A stretch of 64,000 nucleotides of DNA from Candidatus Multivoradales bacterium (GTDB lineage: Bacteria > Acidobacteriota > Thermoanaerobaculia > Multivoradales > JAHEKO01). Where the stretch lies: NCBI GenBank assembly GCA_965223855.1, contig CBDCXM010000003.1, forward strand, positions 32,001 to 96,000, in the 5' to 3' direction. Below the pieces are notes generated by a model that made no database searches, was not told the DNA's origin, and was given only the letters and a program-made list of their open reading frames with translations. The translations under genes and the position numbers were made by a program. Numbering within the stretch: the stretch's first letter is position 1; every line of letters begins with the position of its first letter. Shown here piece after piece: positions 35,661 through 46,887 of this stretch.

Positions 35661-37208
35661 GTGAGGGAATCCGAAACGACCGCCGGGAAGGATGAGAGCA
35701 TCCGCGACCTGCTGTCGGTCTGGAAGCTGGTCGAGAGCGAGGAGCGCACCGGCTACACCTCGATCGTCGTCCCGTCGCTGTCGCTCGACGTCGACGAGCT
35801 CAAGAAGATCCGCGGCGCCTCCGGGTACGAGGAGCGGCTGCTCTTCACCCTGATCCGCCTGCGCGACCCGCGCGCCAGGGTGGTCTACCTCACCAGCCAG
35901 CCGCTCCACCCCGAGATCATCGAGTACTACCTCGACCTGCTGCACGGCGTCTCGACACGCGACGCCCGGGAGCGGCTGACGCTGCTGCCGCTTTACGACT
36001 CGAGCGCCGCGCCGCTGACCGCCAAGGTGCTCGAACGGCCCCGCGTCGTCGCAAGACTGCGGGACCTGGCCGCGCGCACGACCCACTCCTACCTGACCTG
36101 CTTCAACTCGAGCGAGCTCGAAGCGCGCCTGGCACGGGAGATAGGGGTGCCGCTCAACGGAGTCGCACCCGAGCTGCTCGACCTCGGCACCAAGTCGGGC
36201 AGCCGCAAGGTGTTCGCGGCAGCCGGCCTCGACATGCCACGAGGGTTCGAGGACATTCGCAGCCGCGAGCAGGTGATCGAAGCCCTGTCGAATCTGCGCG
36301 ACGCCGAGCCGGACATCCGCAAGGCGGTCGTCAAGCTCGACGAGAGCTTTGCCGGCGCCGGTAACGCGGTGTTCCGCTACCCGCCGGCGGAAGGGAGCAT
36401 CGAGGAGGCACTCGGTCGGCTCGAGTGCGCGAGTGCCGAGGAGACCCACGAACACTTCCTCGCCAAGCTCGATGACAAGAGCGGCATCGTCGAGGAGTTC
36501 ATGGAGGCCTCCGAGGTGCGCTCACCGAGCGCCCAGCTCCGCATCGGTCCGGCAGGCGACATCGATCTCATCTCGACCCACGAGCAGATCCTCGGCGGCA
36601 GCACGGGGCAGACCTACCTGGGCTGCCGCTTCCCGGCCGACCCCGCCTACCGGCGTCGGCTGGGCGAGTTGGGGTACAAGGTCGGCGAGGTACTGCGCGA
36701 CCGCGGCGTGGTGAGCCGCTTCGGCGTCGACTTCCTCGCCTTCCGCGGCGCCGACGGCGAGTGGAAGCTGCCGGCGATCGAGATCAACCTGAGGATGGGG
36801 GGCACCACCGGGCCGTTCCTGGCGCTCCAGTTCCTCACCTCGGGCGCGGTCGATCCCTCGACCGGCCTCTACCGCTCCGCCACCGGGATCGAGAAGTTCT
36901 ACGTCGCCACCGACAACCTCAGCTCCCCCTCCTACCGCGGCCTGCTGACGGAGGACTTCATGGACATCCTCGCCGGCAGCCGCGTCGGCTTCGACCCGGC
37001 GAGCGAGACCGGCGCGGTGTTCCACATGATCGGCTCGCTGTCGCAGTTCGGCAAGATGGGCGTGACTGCCATCGGCGACAGCCGCGAGCAGGCCGACGAG
37101 ATCTACCACCAGGTGATCGAGGTGTTCGATCGCGCCGGCGAACCCGACCCGGGCATCGCGCCCGATTCGATGCACCCGTTCGACCTGGCGATCCGGTCGA
37201 TCGAGTAG
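35661..37208 (+). CDS. Peptide ligase PGM1-related ATP-grasp protein
   Basis: YEERLLF.LIRLR.PRARVVYLTSQP pre-ATP-grasp region, GTKSGSR, SPSAQ, STHEQILGG, YLGCRFPA, FGVDF, EINLRMGGTT, YVATDN. Recalled as the family named after the pheganomycin ligase PGM1. Confidence 0.8.
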   Translation: MRESETTAGKDESIRDLLSVWKLVESEERTGYTSIVVPSLSLDVDELKKIRGASGYEERLLFTLIRLRDPRARVVYLTSQPLHPEIIEYYLDLLHGVSTRDARERLTLLPLYDSSAAPLTAKVLERPRVVARLRDLAARTTHSYLTCFNSSELEARLAREIGVPLNGVAPELLDLGTKSGSRKVFAAAGLDMPRGFEDIRSREQVIEALSNLRDAEPDIRKAVVKLDESFAGAGNAVFRYPPAEGSIEEALGRLECASAEETHEHFLAKLDDKSGIVEEFMEASEVRSPSAQLRIGPAGDIDLISTHEQILGGSTGQTYLGCRFPADPAYRRRLGELGYKVGEVLRDRGVVSRFGVDFLAFRGADGEWKLPAIEINLRMGGTTGPFLALQFLTSGAVDPSTGLYRSATGIEKFYVATDNLSSPSYRGLLTEDFMDILAGSRVGFDPASETGAVFHMIGSLSQFGKMGVTAIGDSREQADEIYHQVIEVFDRAGEPDPGIAPDSMHPFDLAIRSIE

Positions 37209-37229
37209 CCGATCGCAGCCCGGTCCAGG

Positions 37230-38360
37230 CTACCCCTGGGCCAACGCGGCCGGCGAATCTCCGGAGAGTCCTTCGACCGGCGAGAAGCGCTCGCGCAGTG
37301 CCTCGTCCAGCCTGTCCAGGCCGGAGCCCTCCAGTGCGGAGAGCGCAATCGCTCCGTCTTCCACCGCAGCCCCCGGCGCCGCATCGATCTTGTTGTAGAC
37401 GACGAGCACCTGCTCGTCCTCGACACCGATGTCGGCCAGCACTTCGTTGCCGACCTCGAGATGCTCTCGCCACTGCGGGTGGCTGCGATCGACGACGTGC
37501 AGCACGACGTCGGCCTCGCGGATTCCCTCGAGCGTGCTCCTGAAGCTCGCCACGAGGTGGTGGGGCAGCTTGCGAATGAAGCCGACGGTGTCGGCGTAGA
37601 CGACCGGGGTGCCGTCGGAGAGCACGGTGCGCCTGAGGCGGGCATCGAGGGTGGCGAAGAGGCGGTCCTCGGCGAGCACGTCGGCCCTGGTCAGCCGATT
37701 GAAAAGGGTCGACTTGCCGGCGTTGGTGTAGCCGGCGAGCGCCACCAGGTTGGCGTGGCGGCGGCCACGGCTCTGGACCTTCCTCGTCTTCTCCACCTTC
37801 TTCAGATCCTTCTCGAGGCGCGCGATCTGGTTGCGCAGCATCCGGCGGTCGGCCTCGAGCTGGGTCTCGCCCTCACCGCCGCGCACGCCGATACCGCCGA
37901 CCTGGCGCGAAAGATGGCTCCAACGCCGGGTCAGGCGCGGCAACAGGTACTGGAGTCGGGCGAGTTCGACCTGGGTCCGCGCCTCTTTGCTTTTCGCCCG
38001 CTGCTGGAAAATCTCGAGGATGAGGCCGCTCCTGTCGAGCACCTGACAGTCGACGATCTTCTCGAGCGCCTTGACCTGGGAGCCGGAGAGGTCGTCATCG
38101 AAGATCAGCAGGTCGGCCTTCGCCCCTTTCGCCGCGGCGCCCACCTCCTCCGCTTTGCCGGGGCCGATGAACGTCCGCGGGTGGGGCGCCTTGCGCGACT
38201 GCAGAACCCGCGCCGCGACCTCGACTCCGGCGCTCGTCGTCAACTCCGCCAGCTCGTCGAGGTGCTCCTCGACCACCGAGGGCGGCTGGCCGGTAACGCT
38301 CAGGCCGACGAGCAGTGCGCGACGCCGGGCGTTCGAGGCGGGATCAGAAGTGGAATGCAA
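37230..38360 (-). CDS. hflX: Ribosome-splitting GTPase HflX
   Basis: LDELAEL..SAG, LILEIF..RA, QVELA.L.Y.LPRL, GEGETQLE.DRR, GYTNAGKST, LFATLD, DTVGF, NKID; TTG start approximate. Confidence 0.95.
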   Translation of the reverse strand: MHSTSDPASNARRRALLVGLSVTGQPPSVVEEHLDELAELTTSAGVEVAARVLQSRKAPHPRTFIGPGKAEEVGAAAKGAKADLLIFDDDLSGSQVKALEKIVDCQVLDRSGLILEIFQQRAKSKEARTQVELARLQYLLPRLTRRWSHLSRQVGGIGVRGGEGETQLEADRRMLRNQIARLEKDLKKVEKTRKVQSRGRRHANLVALAGYTNAGKSTLFNRLTRADVLAEDRLFATLDARLRRTVLSDGTPVVYADTVGFIRKLPHHLVASFRSTLEGIREADVVLHVVDRSHPQWREHLEVGNEVLADIGVEDEQVLVVYNKIDAAPGAAVEDGAIALSALEGSGLDRLDEALRERFSPVEGLSGDSPAALAQG

Positions 38361-38931
38361 GTCCGGCGTGGGCGGTGCCCAGGACGCGCATGACGTCCGA
38401 ATCGAGCACGTGGCCGACGATCTCGGCAATGAACACGAAGTTGGGCGTGATCTTGAACTCTCCGGTGGCACCGAGTGCCAGGCCGAGAACCGTGTCGGAA
38501 GTTGCCGGCGCCAGGATGTCGCCCGGCAGGATGCGCCGGCTCTCGAGATCGTAGGCGCCGAGCCCCAGGAATAGACCCGAGTCGTAGAAACTCTCGGCGA
38601 ACTGGTACTCGCCGCCGACGATCGCGTAGGTCGCGGAGCCATCGGTGACGGCACCGACCGAGGAACCGGTCTCGAAGTCGAGCTGCCCGAGACGCAGGAA
38701 GACGTTCGAGCCCGGCTCGAACTGGAGGGCGAGGCCGAGCTGGAAGCCCGGCTCCGTGCCGCCGCTTTCCGAAAGCGCGGCACCGACTCCGCCCATCGCC
38801 GAGACCGTCCAGGTGTAGTCCTGAGCTTCGGCGGTCGCCGCGCACAGCGCCAGGACGATCACGAGCGGCGTGACGAGCAGGAAGCCCCTGATGCCGACCA
38901 GGGCGTGACGGGGGCGGGGCGGGTTCGACAT
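38344..38931 (-). CDS. Small outer-membrane beta-barrel protein
   Basis: Signal peptide (AEA-Q), amphipathic beta strands, C-terminal AGLAFHF (Bam signal); alternative TTG at 38940 near AAGGAG. Confidence 0.75.
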   Translation of the reverse strand: MSNPPRPRHALVGIRGFLLVTPLVIVLALCAATAEAQDYTWTVSAMGGVGAALSESGGTEPGFQLGLALQFEPGSNVFLRLGQLDFETGSSVGAVTDGSATYAIVGGEYQFAESFYDSGLFLGLGAYDLESRRILPGDILAPATSDTVLGLALGATGEFKITPNFVFIAEIVGHVLDSDVMRVLGTAHAGLAFHF

Positions 38932-39084
38932 CGGCGTCAACGAACGTCTCCTTCTTTCTCGACTGCAGCCATGGGGTCGGTCATCGCGCGAAGAACAGCC
39001 CGGCGGCGGCCGCAAGTATAGCCGTCGCCGTTACGTCTGCAGGGTCGGGTGCAGTGTCGCCCTAGAGGTCTACGGAGGAGACGG

Positions 39085-39888
39085 ATGAATGTCACAGACG
39101 GCCGGCTGGGACGGAGCTTCAGGCGTTGCCTCGACTGGCTCCTGCCGCCGCTGTGTCTCGGCTGCCGCAGCTCGGTCGCGGACGGTATCGACGACTTCCA
39201 CCTTTGCCGGCGTTGCCGGACAGGTTGCCGAGAGGCGAGGACCGGCCGCTGCCCCGGCTGCCTGATCAGGATCGCCGACCGCTCGGCCGGCTCGGAGTTC
39301 CGATGCTCCGCCTGCCGACGACGACCGCAGAGTTTCGACCGCGCGATCGCCGGGTGGGCCTACGAGCCGCCGCTGTCGGCCGTCGTCACCGGACTCAAGT
39401 TCGGTCGCCTCGAGTTCCTCGGCGAGGCGCTGGGGAGATCGCTCGCTACCCTGCGCCGGGCCGAGCTGGGCGAAGCCACCAGCGTCGTACCGGTGCCACT
39501 TCATCGCTGGCGCGACCTTCGACGCGGCTACAACCAGGCGGAACGAATCGCCTCGGGCGTCGCTCGGACGCTCTCGCTGCCCGTCGTCGCAGCCCTGCGA
39601 CGACGAAGGCGCACCGTGCCGCAGACCGGTCTCGACCGCAGAGATCGGCGGACGAACGTCCGGTACGCCTTCGCTCCCCGCAGGCGCTACCAGCGCGACC
39701 CTCGCAGCCTGGAGGCCGCGCTCGGACCGTGCCCCGTGCTCGTGGATGACGTCTTCACCACCGGCGCCACCCTCGACAGCGCGGCCGCGGCGCTGCGCCG
39801 CTCGCTCCCGTCGCGGCGCGGCAATCGGGAGTTCGCGATCCTCGCCCTCGCGGCTGCCTACACCCCCCACACCACCCTGCCACGCTGA
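39085..39888 (+). CDS. comF: ComF family protein (double zinc ribbon + PRTase)
   Basis: Four CxxC pairs, PVPLH...RGYNQA, LVDDVFTTGAT; GGAGGAG RBS. Confidence 0.9.
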   Translation: MNVTDGRLGRSFRRCLDWLLPPLCLGCRSSVADGIDDFHLCRRCRTGCREARTGRCPGCLIRIADRSAGSEFRCSACRRRPQSFDRAIAGWAYEPPLSAVVTGLKFGRLEFLGEALGRSLATLRRAELGEATSVVPVPLHRWRDLRRGYNQAERIASGVARTLSLPVVAALRRRRRTVPQTGLDRRDRRTNVRYAFAPRRRYQRDPRSLEAALGPCPVLVDDVFTTGATLDSAAAALRRSLPSRRGNREFAILALAAAYTPHTTLPR

Positions 39889-39944
39889 GCACGGAGGCTC
39901 CCGCCCGATCTACCTCCCCGGAACGGGAATACCGGTTTCCGGCT

Positions 39945-39980
39945 GCCCGTTTTCGACCTGCAGAGGCCCGTTTTCGACCT
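39945..39980. repeat. 15-bp direct repeat GCCCGTTTTCGACCT x2, 21-bp period
   Basis: Copies at 39945-39959 and 39966-39980, upstream of a sigma70-type promoter. Confidence 0.8.
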
Positions 39981-40033
39981 TCGAGAGACAGTGACCACAT
40001 CGATGCCGGCGATCTCTTCGGGCTCTTCGCGTT

Positions 40034-40063
40034 TTGACACCTCGCCGATGCCGGACGTATACT
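40034..40063 (+). promoter_or_regulatory. sigma70-type promoter TTGACA-N18-TATACT
   Basis: Near-consensus -35/-10 ending 18 bp upstream of ATG 40082, in a ~70% GC background. Confidence 0.7.
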
Positions 40064-40081
40064 GTGGAATAGGCAACTCGT

Positions 40082-42079
40082 ATGAACGCGACGACAGCAA
40101 GGTTGTGCAGCTCGCCCGCCGAACGCCGCTCCGGCGCTCGGTGGAGCGTTGTCTGGCGACGCCTCGCTCGACAGCCGTTCGCCTGGGCAGCAGGCCTGAT
40201 CGCCCTCGCGGCCGCGCCGCTCGCCGCAGAGAGCCCGTCGACCGCTCCCGCCAGCGGCGCCTCCCTTCCCGGAAGTGCGCTCGCGACCACCGGATACGTC
40301 CGCGGGCAGGTCCGGGTGGAGAGCGCTCCACTGCCCGGCAGTCAGGTCTACGCGTACCAGCTCGCCGATCTGTCGCTGCGCAAGGTCGCGGCGGATCAGG
40401 ACGGGCGTTTCTCTTTCGAGTCGCTCCCCGCCGGCCTCTACAAGATCGTCGCTTTCAAGCCCGGCTTCATCCCGGGAGTCGCCCTCCTGACTCGCGCGAG
40501 TTCGGATGCGGCGCAGTTCCTCGAGATGGAGCTGCGCGGCCGCGACAACGCGGCGGACTCTTCGACCGACTTCTGGTCGGTGCGTAAGCAGATCCCGACC
40601 GACGTGCTGCGCGACATCGATCTCGCCTCGGCCGTCTACGAGGGAGATCCGGTGCTGCCGCGAGTCGATCGTCTCTCCGCACAGATGAGGACGGTCACGG
40701 GTGTCGATTCGCTGGCGACCGCGGGAGGCGCGCAGCTCAAGGGCGGGCACGTCGCGGTCGAAGGTGAGATCGACGACATCAACGTCGGTGTCGAAGGGCG
40801 CTTCGTCGCGCTGGAATCGACCTCCGGCCTCCAGACGATGGCCGGCGGCCACTCGCAGGCCGTTTCGGTCGATGTGAGCGGAGTCGGGGAGCACCGCATC
40901 CAGGTGACCTCGATCGACAACCGGCTGCGGACGGCGCCGACCGAGGACGGGCGGATCGGGCTGGCGAGCCATCGCCTCGCCTGGTCGCGCGACGTCGGAG
41001 AAGACGGCGAAGCACGGGCAGCGGCCTGGTACACCGAGGAGAACAACTTCCTCGCCGGAGCGGGCAACGCCTCGCTCCTCGAGCTGCCGAGCGCCAGCCG
41101 CACCTGGAATCTCGAAGGCAACTACACCACGCGGATCGGCGAACGCTCACGGCTCGAAGCCGGCGTCTATTACCGCGACCGCGACCTCAATCTCGCCGAC
41201 TCGGAATGGCTCGATCACCTTCCGCAGGAGCGGGTCGAGGTGTTCGGCCGCGCCGGTACTTCGGTTCATCCCTCGGTCCTCGTCGAGTACGGGGTCTACT
41301 CGACCCTGCGAGACGGCTCGGTGTCGCTCATGCCTCAGGGCGGCGTGGTGGTGCAGCTCAACGACTCCTGGCGGGCCGCTACTTCGGCCAGCCTCAAGAT
41401 GCACGACGACCCGATCGAGGCGCGGCGCCTGAACGACTTTCACACCGGCTACTTCCGCGACTACGCCTCCTGCGAACGCGCGGCTGCCGAGTGCTACCAG
41501 CTCGTACTGTCGAAGTTCGAGGATCGGCAGGAGAAGCTCTCGATCTCGGCGATCCATCGCCGGTTCGACGAGTCCCTGCGCCTCCACTTCGACGAGAATT
41601 TTTTCAATTATCACGAGAACCTGCAGTTGGTTCATGGGGACGCCGTACCCGAGCTGCAGTTCGCGATGACCCAGCGGCTCTCACCGACGATCCGGACGCG
41701 CCTGCAGTCCAATCTCGGCGAGGGCGGCGGGGGTACCCTCGTGCTGGCGGACGGCGACCACCCCTACGAGAACAACGTCCGCTACATGGTTACTTCGGTC
41801 GATACCCAGTTCGAGCAGTCGGCGACCGGTGTCTTTGTCGCCTTCCACCACCTCGAACAGGATCTCGAGCCGCTCCAGGAGGAAGAGCGCCTCGAACTGA
41901 TGGACCTGCAGCGACTCCAGCTCATGCTGACCCAGGATCTGGGTATCCTGAGCACGCTCGCTTCCAACTGGGCCGTTCAGCTCAACATGGAAGTGTCGCG
42001 CGGCACCCTGCCCGACAGCGAAGCGGATCTCGACGAGCTCCGCAGTCGCGTCACGGGTGGGCTCGCTGTCAAGTTCTGA
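40082..42079 (+). CDS. Secreted/outer-membrane protein: N-terminal carboxypeptidase-regulatory-like domain, putative beta-barrel
   Basis: Signal peptide, GQVR...ADQDGRFSF.SLPAG.YKI.AFKPGF, beta-strand-rich remainder ending GGLAVKF. Confidence 0.75.
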   Translation: MNATTARLCSSPAERRSGARWSVVWRRLARQPFAWAAGLIALAAAPLAAESPSTAPASGASLPGSALATTGYVRGQVRVESAPLPGSQVYAYQLADLSLRKVAADQDGRFSFESLPAGLYKIVAFKPGFIPGVALLTRASSDAAQFLEMELRGRDNAADSSTDFWSVRKQIPTDVLRDIDLASAVYEGDPVLPRVDRLSAQMRTVTGVDSLATAGGAQLKGGHVAVEGEIDDINVGVEGRFVALESTSGLQTMAGGHSQAVSVDVSGVGEHRIQVTSIDNRLRTAPTEDGRIGLASHRLAWSRDVGEDGEARAAAWYTEENNFLAGAGNASLLELPSASRTWNLEGNYTTRIGERSRLEAGVYYRDRDLNLADSEWLDHLPQERVEVFGRAGTSVHPSVLVEYGVYSTLRDGSVSLMPQGGVVVQLNDSWRAATSASLKMHDDPIEARRLNDFHTGYFRDYASCERAAAECYQLVLSKFEDRQEKLSISAIHRRFDESLRLHFDENFFNYHENLQLVHGDAVPELQFAMTQRLSPTIRTRLQSNLGEGGGGTLVLADGDHPYENNVRYMVTSVDTQFEQSATGVFVAFHHLEQDLEPLQEEERLELMDLQRLQLMLTQDLGILSTLASNWAVQLNMEVSRGTLPDSEADLDELRSRVTGGLAVKF

Positions 42080-42090
42080 ACCAGCTCGCC

Positions 42091-42320
42091 GCTGACGGCG
42101 AGCCGGTTCAGGTGTCGCCTGCTCAGGGCGAGAACGCGCTGAGCAGGCAGACAGCTGAATCAGAGCAATCCGCTCGCGGCGAGCTGATTCAGGTGTCGCT
42201 GGTTCAGGGCGAGAATGCCCTGAGCAAGCAGGCAGCTGAGTCAGAGCAAACCGCTGGCGGCGAGCGGAATCAGGCGCCGCTGGCTCAGAGCGGACACACC
42301 CTGTGCAGGCGGCCGGCCGA
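42091..42320. repeat. ~3 x 81-bp degenerate tandem array rich in CTGANTCAG-type palindromes
   Basis: Units start at 42091, 42172 and 42253; motifs ctgaatcag, ctgattcag, ctgagtcag, ctggttcag, ctggctcag. Confidence 0.8.
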
Positions 42321-42470
42321 ACGGGCGACTTCGGCGAGCCTGGAGCCCGTCGCGAAGGCCGTCATGCAGACGGTTGAATCCAATCGGCTCTCGTGAATCC
42401 AAATTTCTGGATAGTTGTGCTAAATTCCCTTCAAATCATGGCTTTTCGGCCCCTTCAATGCGCTGATTCG

Positions 42471-42485
42471 TGGCACGAATCGTGC
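42471..42485 (+). promoter_or_regulatory. sigma54 (-24/-12) promoter TGGCACGAATCGTGC
   Basis: One mismatch to TGGCACG-N4-TTGC. AT-rich, IHF-like tract at ~42395-42440. The downstream operon encodes a GAFTGA activator. Confidence 0.65.
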
Positions 42486-42511
42486 GAATGTTTCTCATGG
42501 AGTCGTCCGTG

Positions 42512-45276
42512 ATGCCGCATCGCCCCAGTCGCCATCTGTTCCTCGTCGTCGCCGTCCTGGCGGCGATCGGTGTGGCGCTTCTGGGAGCCGCCAGTCTCTA
42601 CCGCAACGTCGGCAGCTTCCAGCAGCTCGGCTTCGAGCCCGAGGCGGCCGGCGGCACGTGGGCGGTCGCCGCGGTGTCGGCTGAATCTACGGGCCTGCTC
42701 GAGGGCGATCAGATCGTCCTCGTCAACGGTTCCGAAGCGCCGACACGCGAGGCGCTCGTGCGGGCGCTGCGGGAGCGGCCGCAGAGCGAGCTCCTGATCG
42801 AGCGCGCCGGCATTCCTGCTCAGGTGCGCTACGAGCGGCCGGGGCTCGCGATCGACTGGCAGTACCTGCTCCTCGCCGTCATCGGCATCGGCTACCTGTT
42901 CATCGGCTTCTACACCCTGCTGCGCGATCGCGAGCGTGCGGGAAGGCTCTTCTACCTCTGGTGCCTCGTCTCCGGCCTCGTTTACGTCGCCTCCGCCCAG
43001 CCGCCGTTCGACACGGTCGGCAAGTGGATCTACATCTCCGAGGAGCTCGGGCGCATCCTGCTCGCCCCGCTGACGCTCCATCTGTTCCTCATCTTCCCGC
43101 GACCGCTGCCGAGTCTCGAGAAGCGGCTCGGCTGGATTCCGTTCCTTTACCTGCCCGCGGCATTCCTGTTGCTCGCCCAGGCCGACCTGATCCTCCTCGG
43201 CGGCCGCGTACTCTCGGGCGGCAACGTCGCCGGCGGTACCAGGCTGCTCGACCAGCTCGTGCTGTTCCAGCTGGCCGGCTTCGCCCTCGCGTCGGCCGCG
43301 GTGCTCTTCACCCGGCTGCGGCGCGGACGGGACTCCGAGCCGCTGCGGCAGTCGATCTGGATTGCGATCGGCCTTCTGGCCGGCTACCTGCCGTTCGTCA
43401 CCCTCTACCTGGTGCCACGCTCATTGGACCTCCAGTGGCCGCCCTACCTGACGACCGCTGCGGTGGCACCGCTGGCGCTGGTACCGCTGACCTTCGCCTA
43501 CTCGATCCTGCGCTACAAGCTGTGGGACATCGGCATCGTGGTGCGCGACACCCTGTCGCTGGCAACGACCATCCTGATCGGCGTGCTCGGCTTCTCGCTC
43601 GTCAATCTGGCGGTCGATCGCGCCGTACCGGAGACGGTCGAGCTCGGCCGCACGCTTCTCTCTTTCACCTCGGGTCTGATGATCGCCGGCCTGATGATCC
43701 CCACCCGCCGACGCATCGGCGCGTCACTCGAGAGGCTCCAGTACGGGGGTGCCTTCCGACGCCGCAGGGGACTCGTCGAGTTCGGCCGCGAGATGCTCGA
43801 GGAGAGAGATCTCGAGCGGTTGTCGAGTGCCCTGCTGGGCGAGCTGACGGCAACCTTCGACCTGGCGCGCGCCAACCTCTACCTCGGGACGAGCGAACGT
43901 CTGAGCGCGCAGCGCCACGAAACCGGCGTGCCGGAGGAGCTGTCGCGTGAGGTCTTCGACGACGCCTTCTGGGGCAGCGACGTCCGCAGCCTCTCGGGAG
44001 TCAGTCTCAGCTCGGAGGCGGCGCCGACCCTCGAGCTCTACTCCGCCGGTTACCGCTATGCCTTCCCGCTGACCTCGCGGCAGCGACCGATCGGGTTGCT
44101 GGTTGTCGGTTACAAGCGGGGCGAGAACGCGCTGTCGAGCGACGACATCGACCTGGTGCGGAATCTGCTCAACCAGGTCTCTCTGGCGATCGACAACGCC
44201 CGTCTGCTCGGCCGCGTTCAGGAGCAGCTGGCGGTCGTTTCGAACCTGCAGGAGACCACCGAGGAGATTCTCGAGTCGTCCCCCGCCGGCATCGCGCTGG
44301 TCGACGGCCACGGCACCGTCGAACGCGCCAACGCCGCTCTCGCCAACCTGCTCGGCGAAGAGCCGAGCGAGCTGACCGGCCGCTCCCTCGCAGCACTCCT
44401 CGGTGAGACCGGCCTCCCCCGCCCCGACGACGGCCTTCGCGAGCTTCGCTGGACCGACGCCGAAGGGGGTGAGCACTATCTCCAGGTGAGCGTCGCTCCG
44501 GTCGCAACCGACCGACAGGGCGCCTCGGTCGTGATGGTCAACGACGTCACCCGCCGGGTGGCGATCGAGAACGCTCTCAAGGAGCAGGAACGACTCGCCT
44601 CTCTCGGCATGCTGGCGGCGGGCGTGGCCCACGAGGTCAACACTCCGATCACCGGCATCTCGAGTTACGCTCAGATGCTGCTCGCGAACACCCCGGAAGA
44701 CGACCCACGCCGCGACCTGCTGCAGAAGGTCGAGCGCCAGACGTTCCGCGCCTCGCGGATCGTCAACAACCTGCTCGAGTTCTCGCGCGACCGGCCGCGC
44801 AAGCCGCGGCCGGTGTCGCTCAACTTCATCGTCGAGGAGTGCCTCGACCTGCTCAAGGAGCGGATCCGGGAGAACGAGGTCGAGGTCGCGTTCACCGCAC
44901 CGGAGACAGAGATCACGGTATCGGGCAACGACGGCGAGCTGCTGCAGGTCTTCACCAACCTGGTCGTCAACGCCACCGACGCGATGAAGGACGGCGGTCG
45001 CCTGGCCGTGAGCTTCGATCTCTCCCACCCGGAGAAGGTGATCGTCGCGGTCGCCGACACCGGCGGCGGCATCCCGGCCGACAAACTCGACCAGATCTTC
45101 CAGCCGTTCTTCTCGACCAAGCTGCACGAGGGCGGCACCGGGCTCGGCCTCTCGATCAGCTACAACATCGTCCAGCGCCACGGCGGCAGCCTGCGGGTGT
45201 CGTCCGCCCCCGGTGAGGGCAGCACCTTCTTCGTCGAACTCCCGACTCAGCAGGAAACACTGACCGCCGGCGACTG

Positions 45277-45277
<1 letters not shown>
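42512..45277 (+). CDS. Sensor histidine kinase (PDZ-like, multi-TM, GAF, PAS, HisKA, HATPase)
   Basis: GLLEGDQIVLVNG, many TMs, AGVAHEVNTP, NLVVNA, DTGGGI, PFFSTK, GTGLGL; GGAG before ATG 42512. Confidence 0.92.
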
Positions 45278-46656
<1,379 letters not shown>

Positions 46657-46887
46657 AGCGAGACCGGGAGCGACTGTCCCCCGGCCACCCAGGCGCGGAG
46701 ATCGCATCCTGCGAAGCGTCGGAATCCCACTGCGGCCGCCCGGCCCGACGCGCCCGACCCCTGGTCCGTACCTATCTACCGACGCCACGCGCCACCGAGG
46801 CCTGGTGCCGGCCCCGGCCCGACGCACCCGGCCTGTCGGCGACGAACCGGAGGTACCCCTTGACGCCTGCGATATCGTTATCTCCTG

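Noticed and set aside
42091-42320. CRISPR array
   Set aside because: Whole 81-bp units are homologous with no unique spacers; no cas genes.
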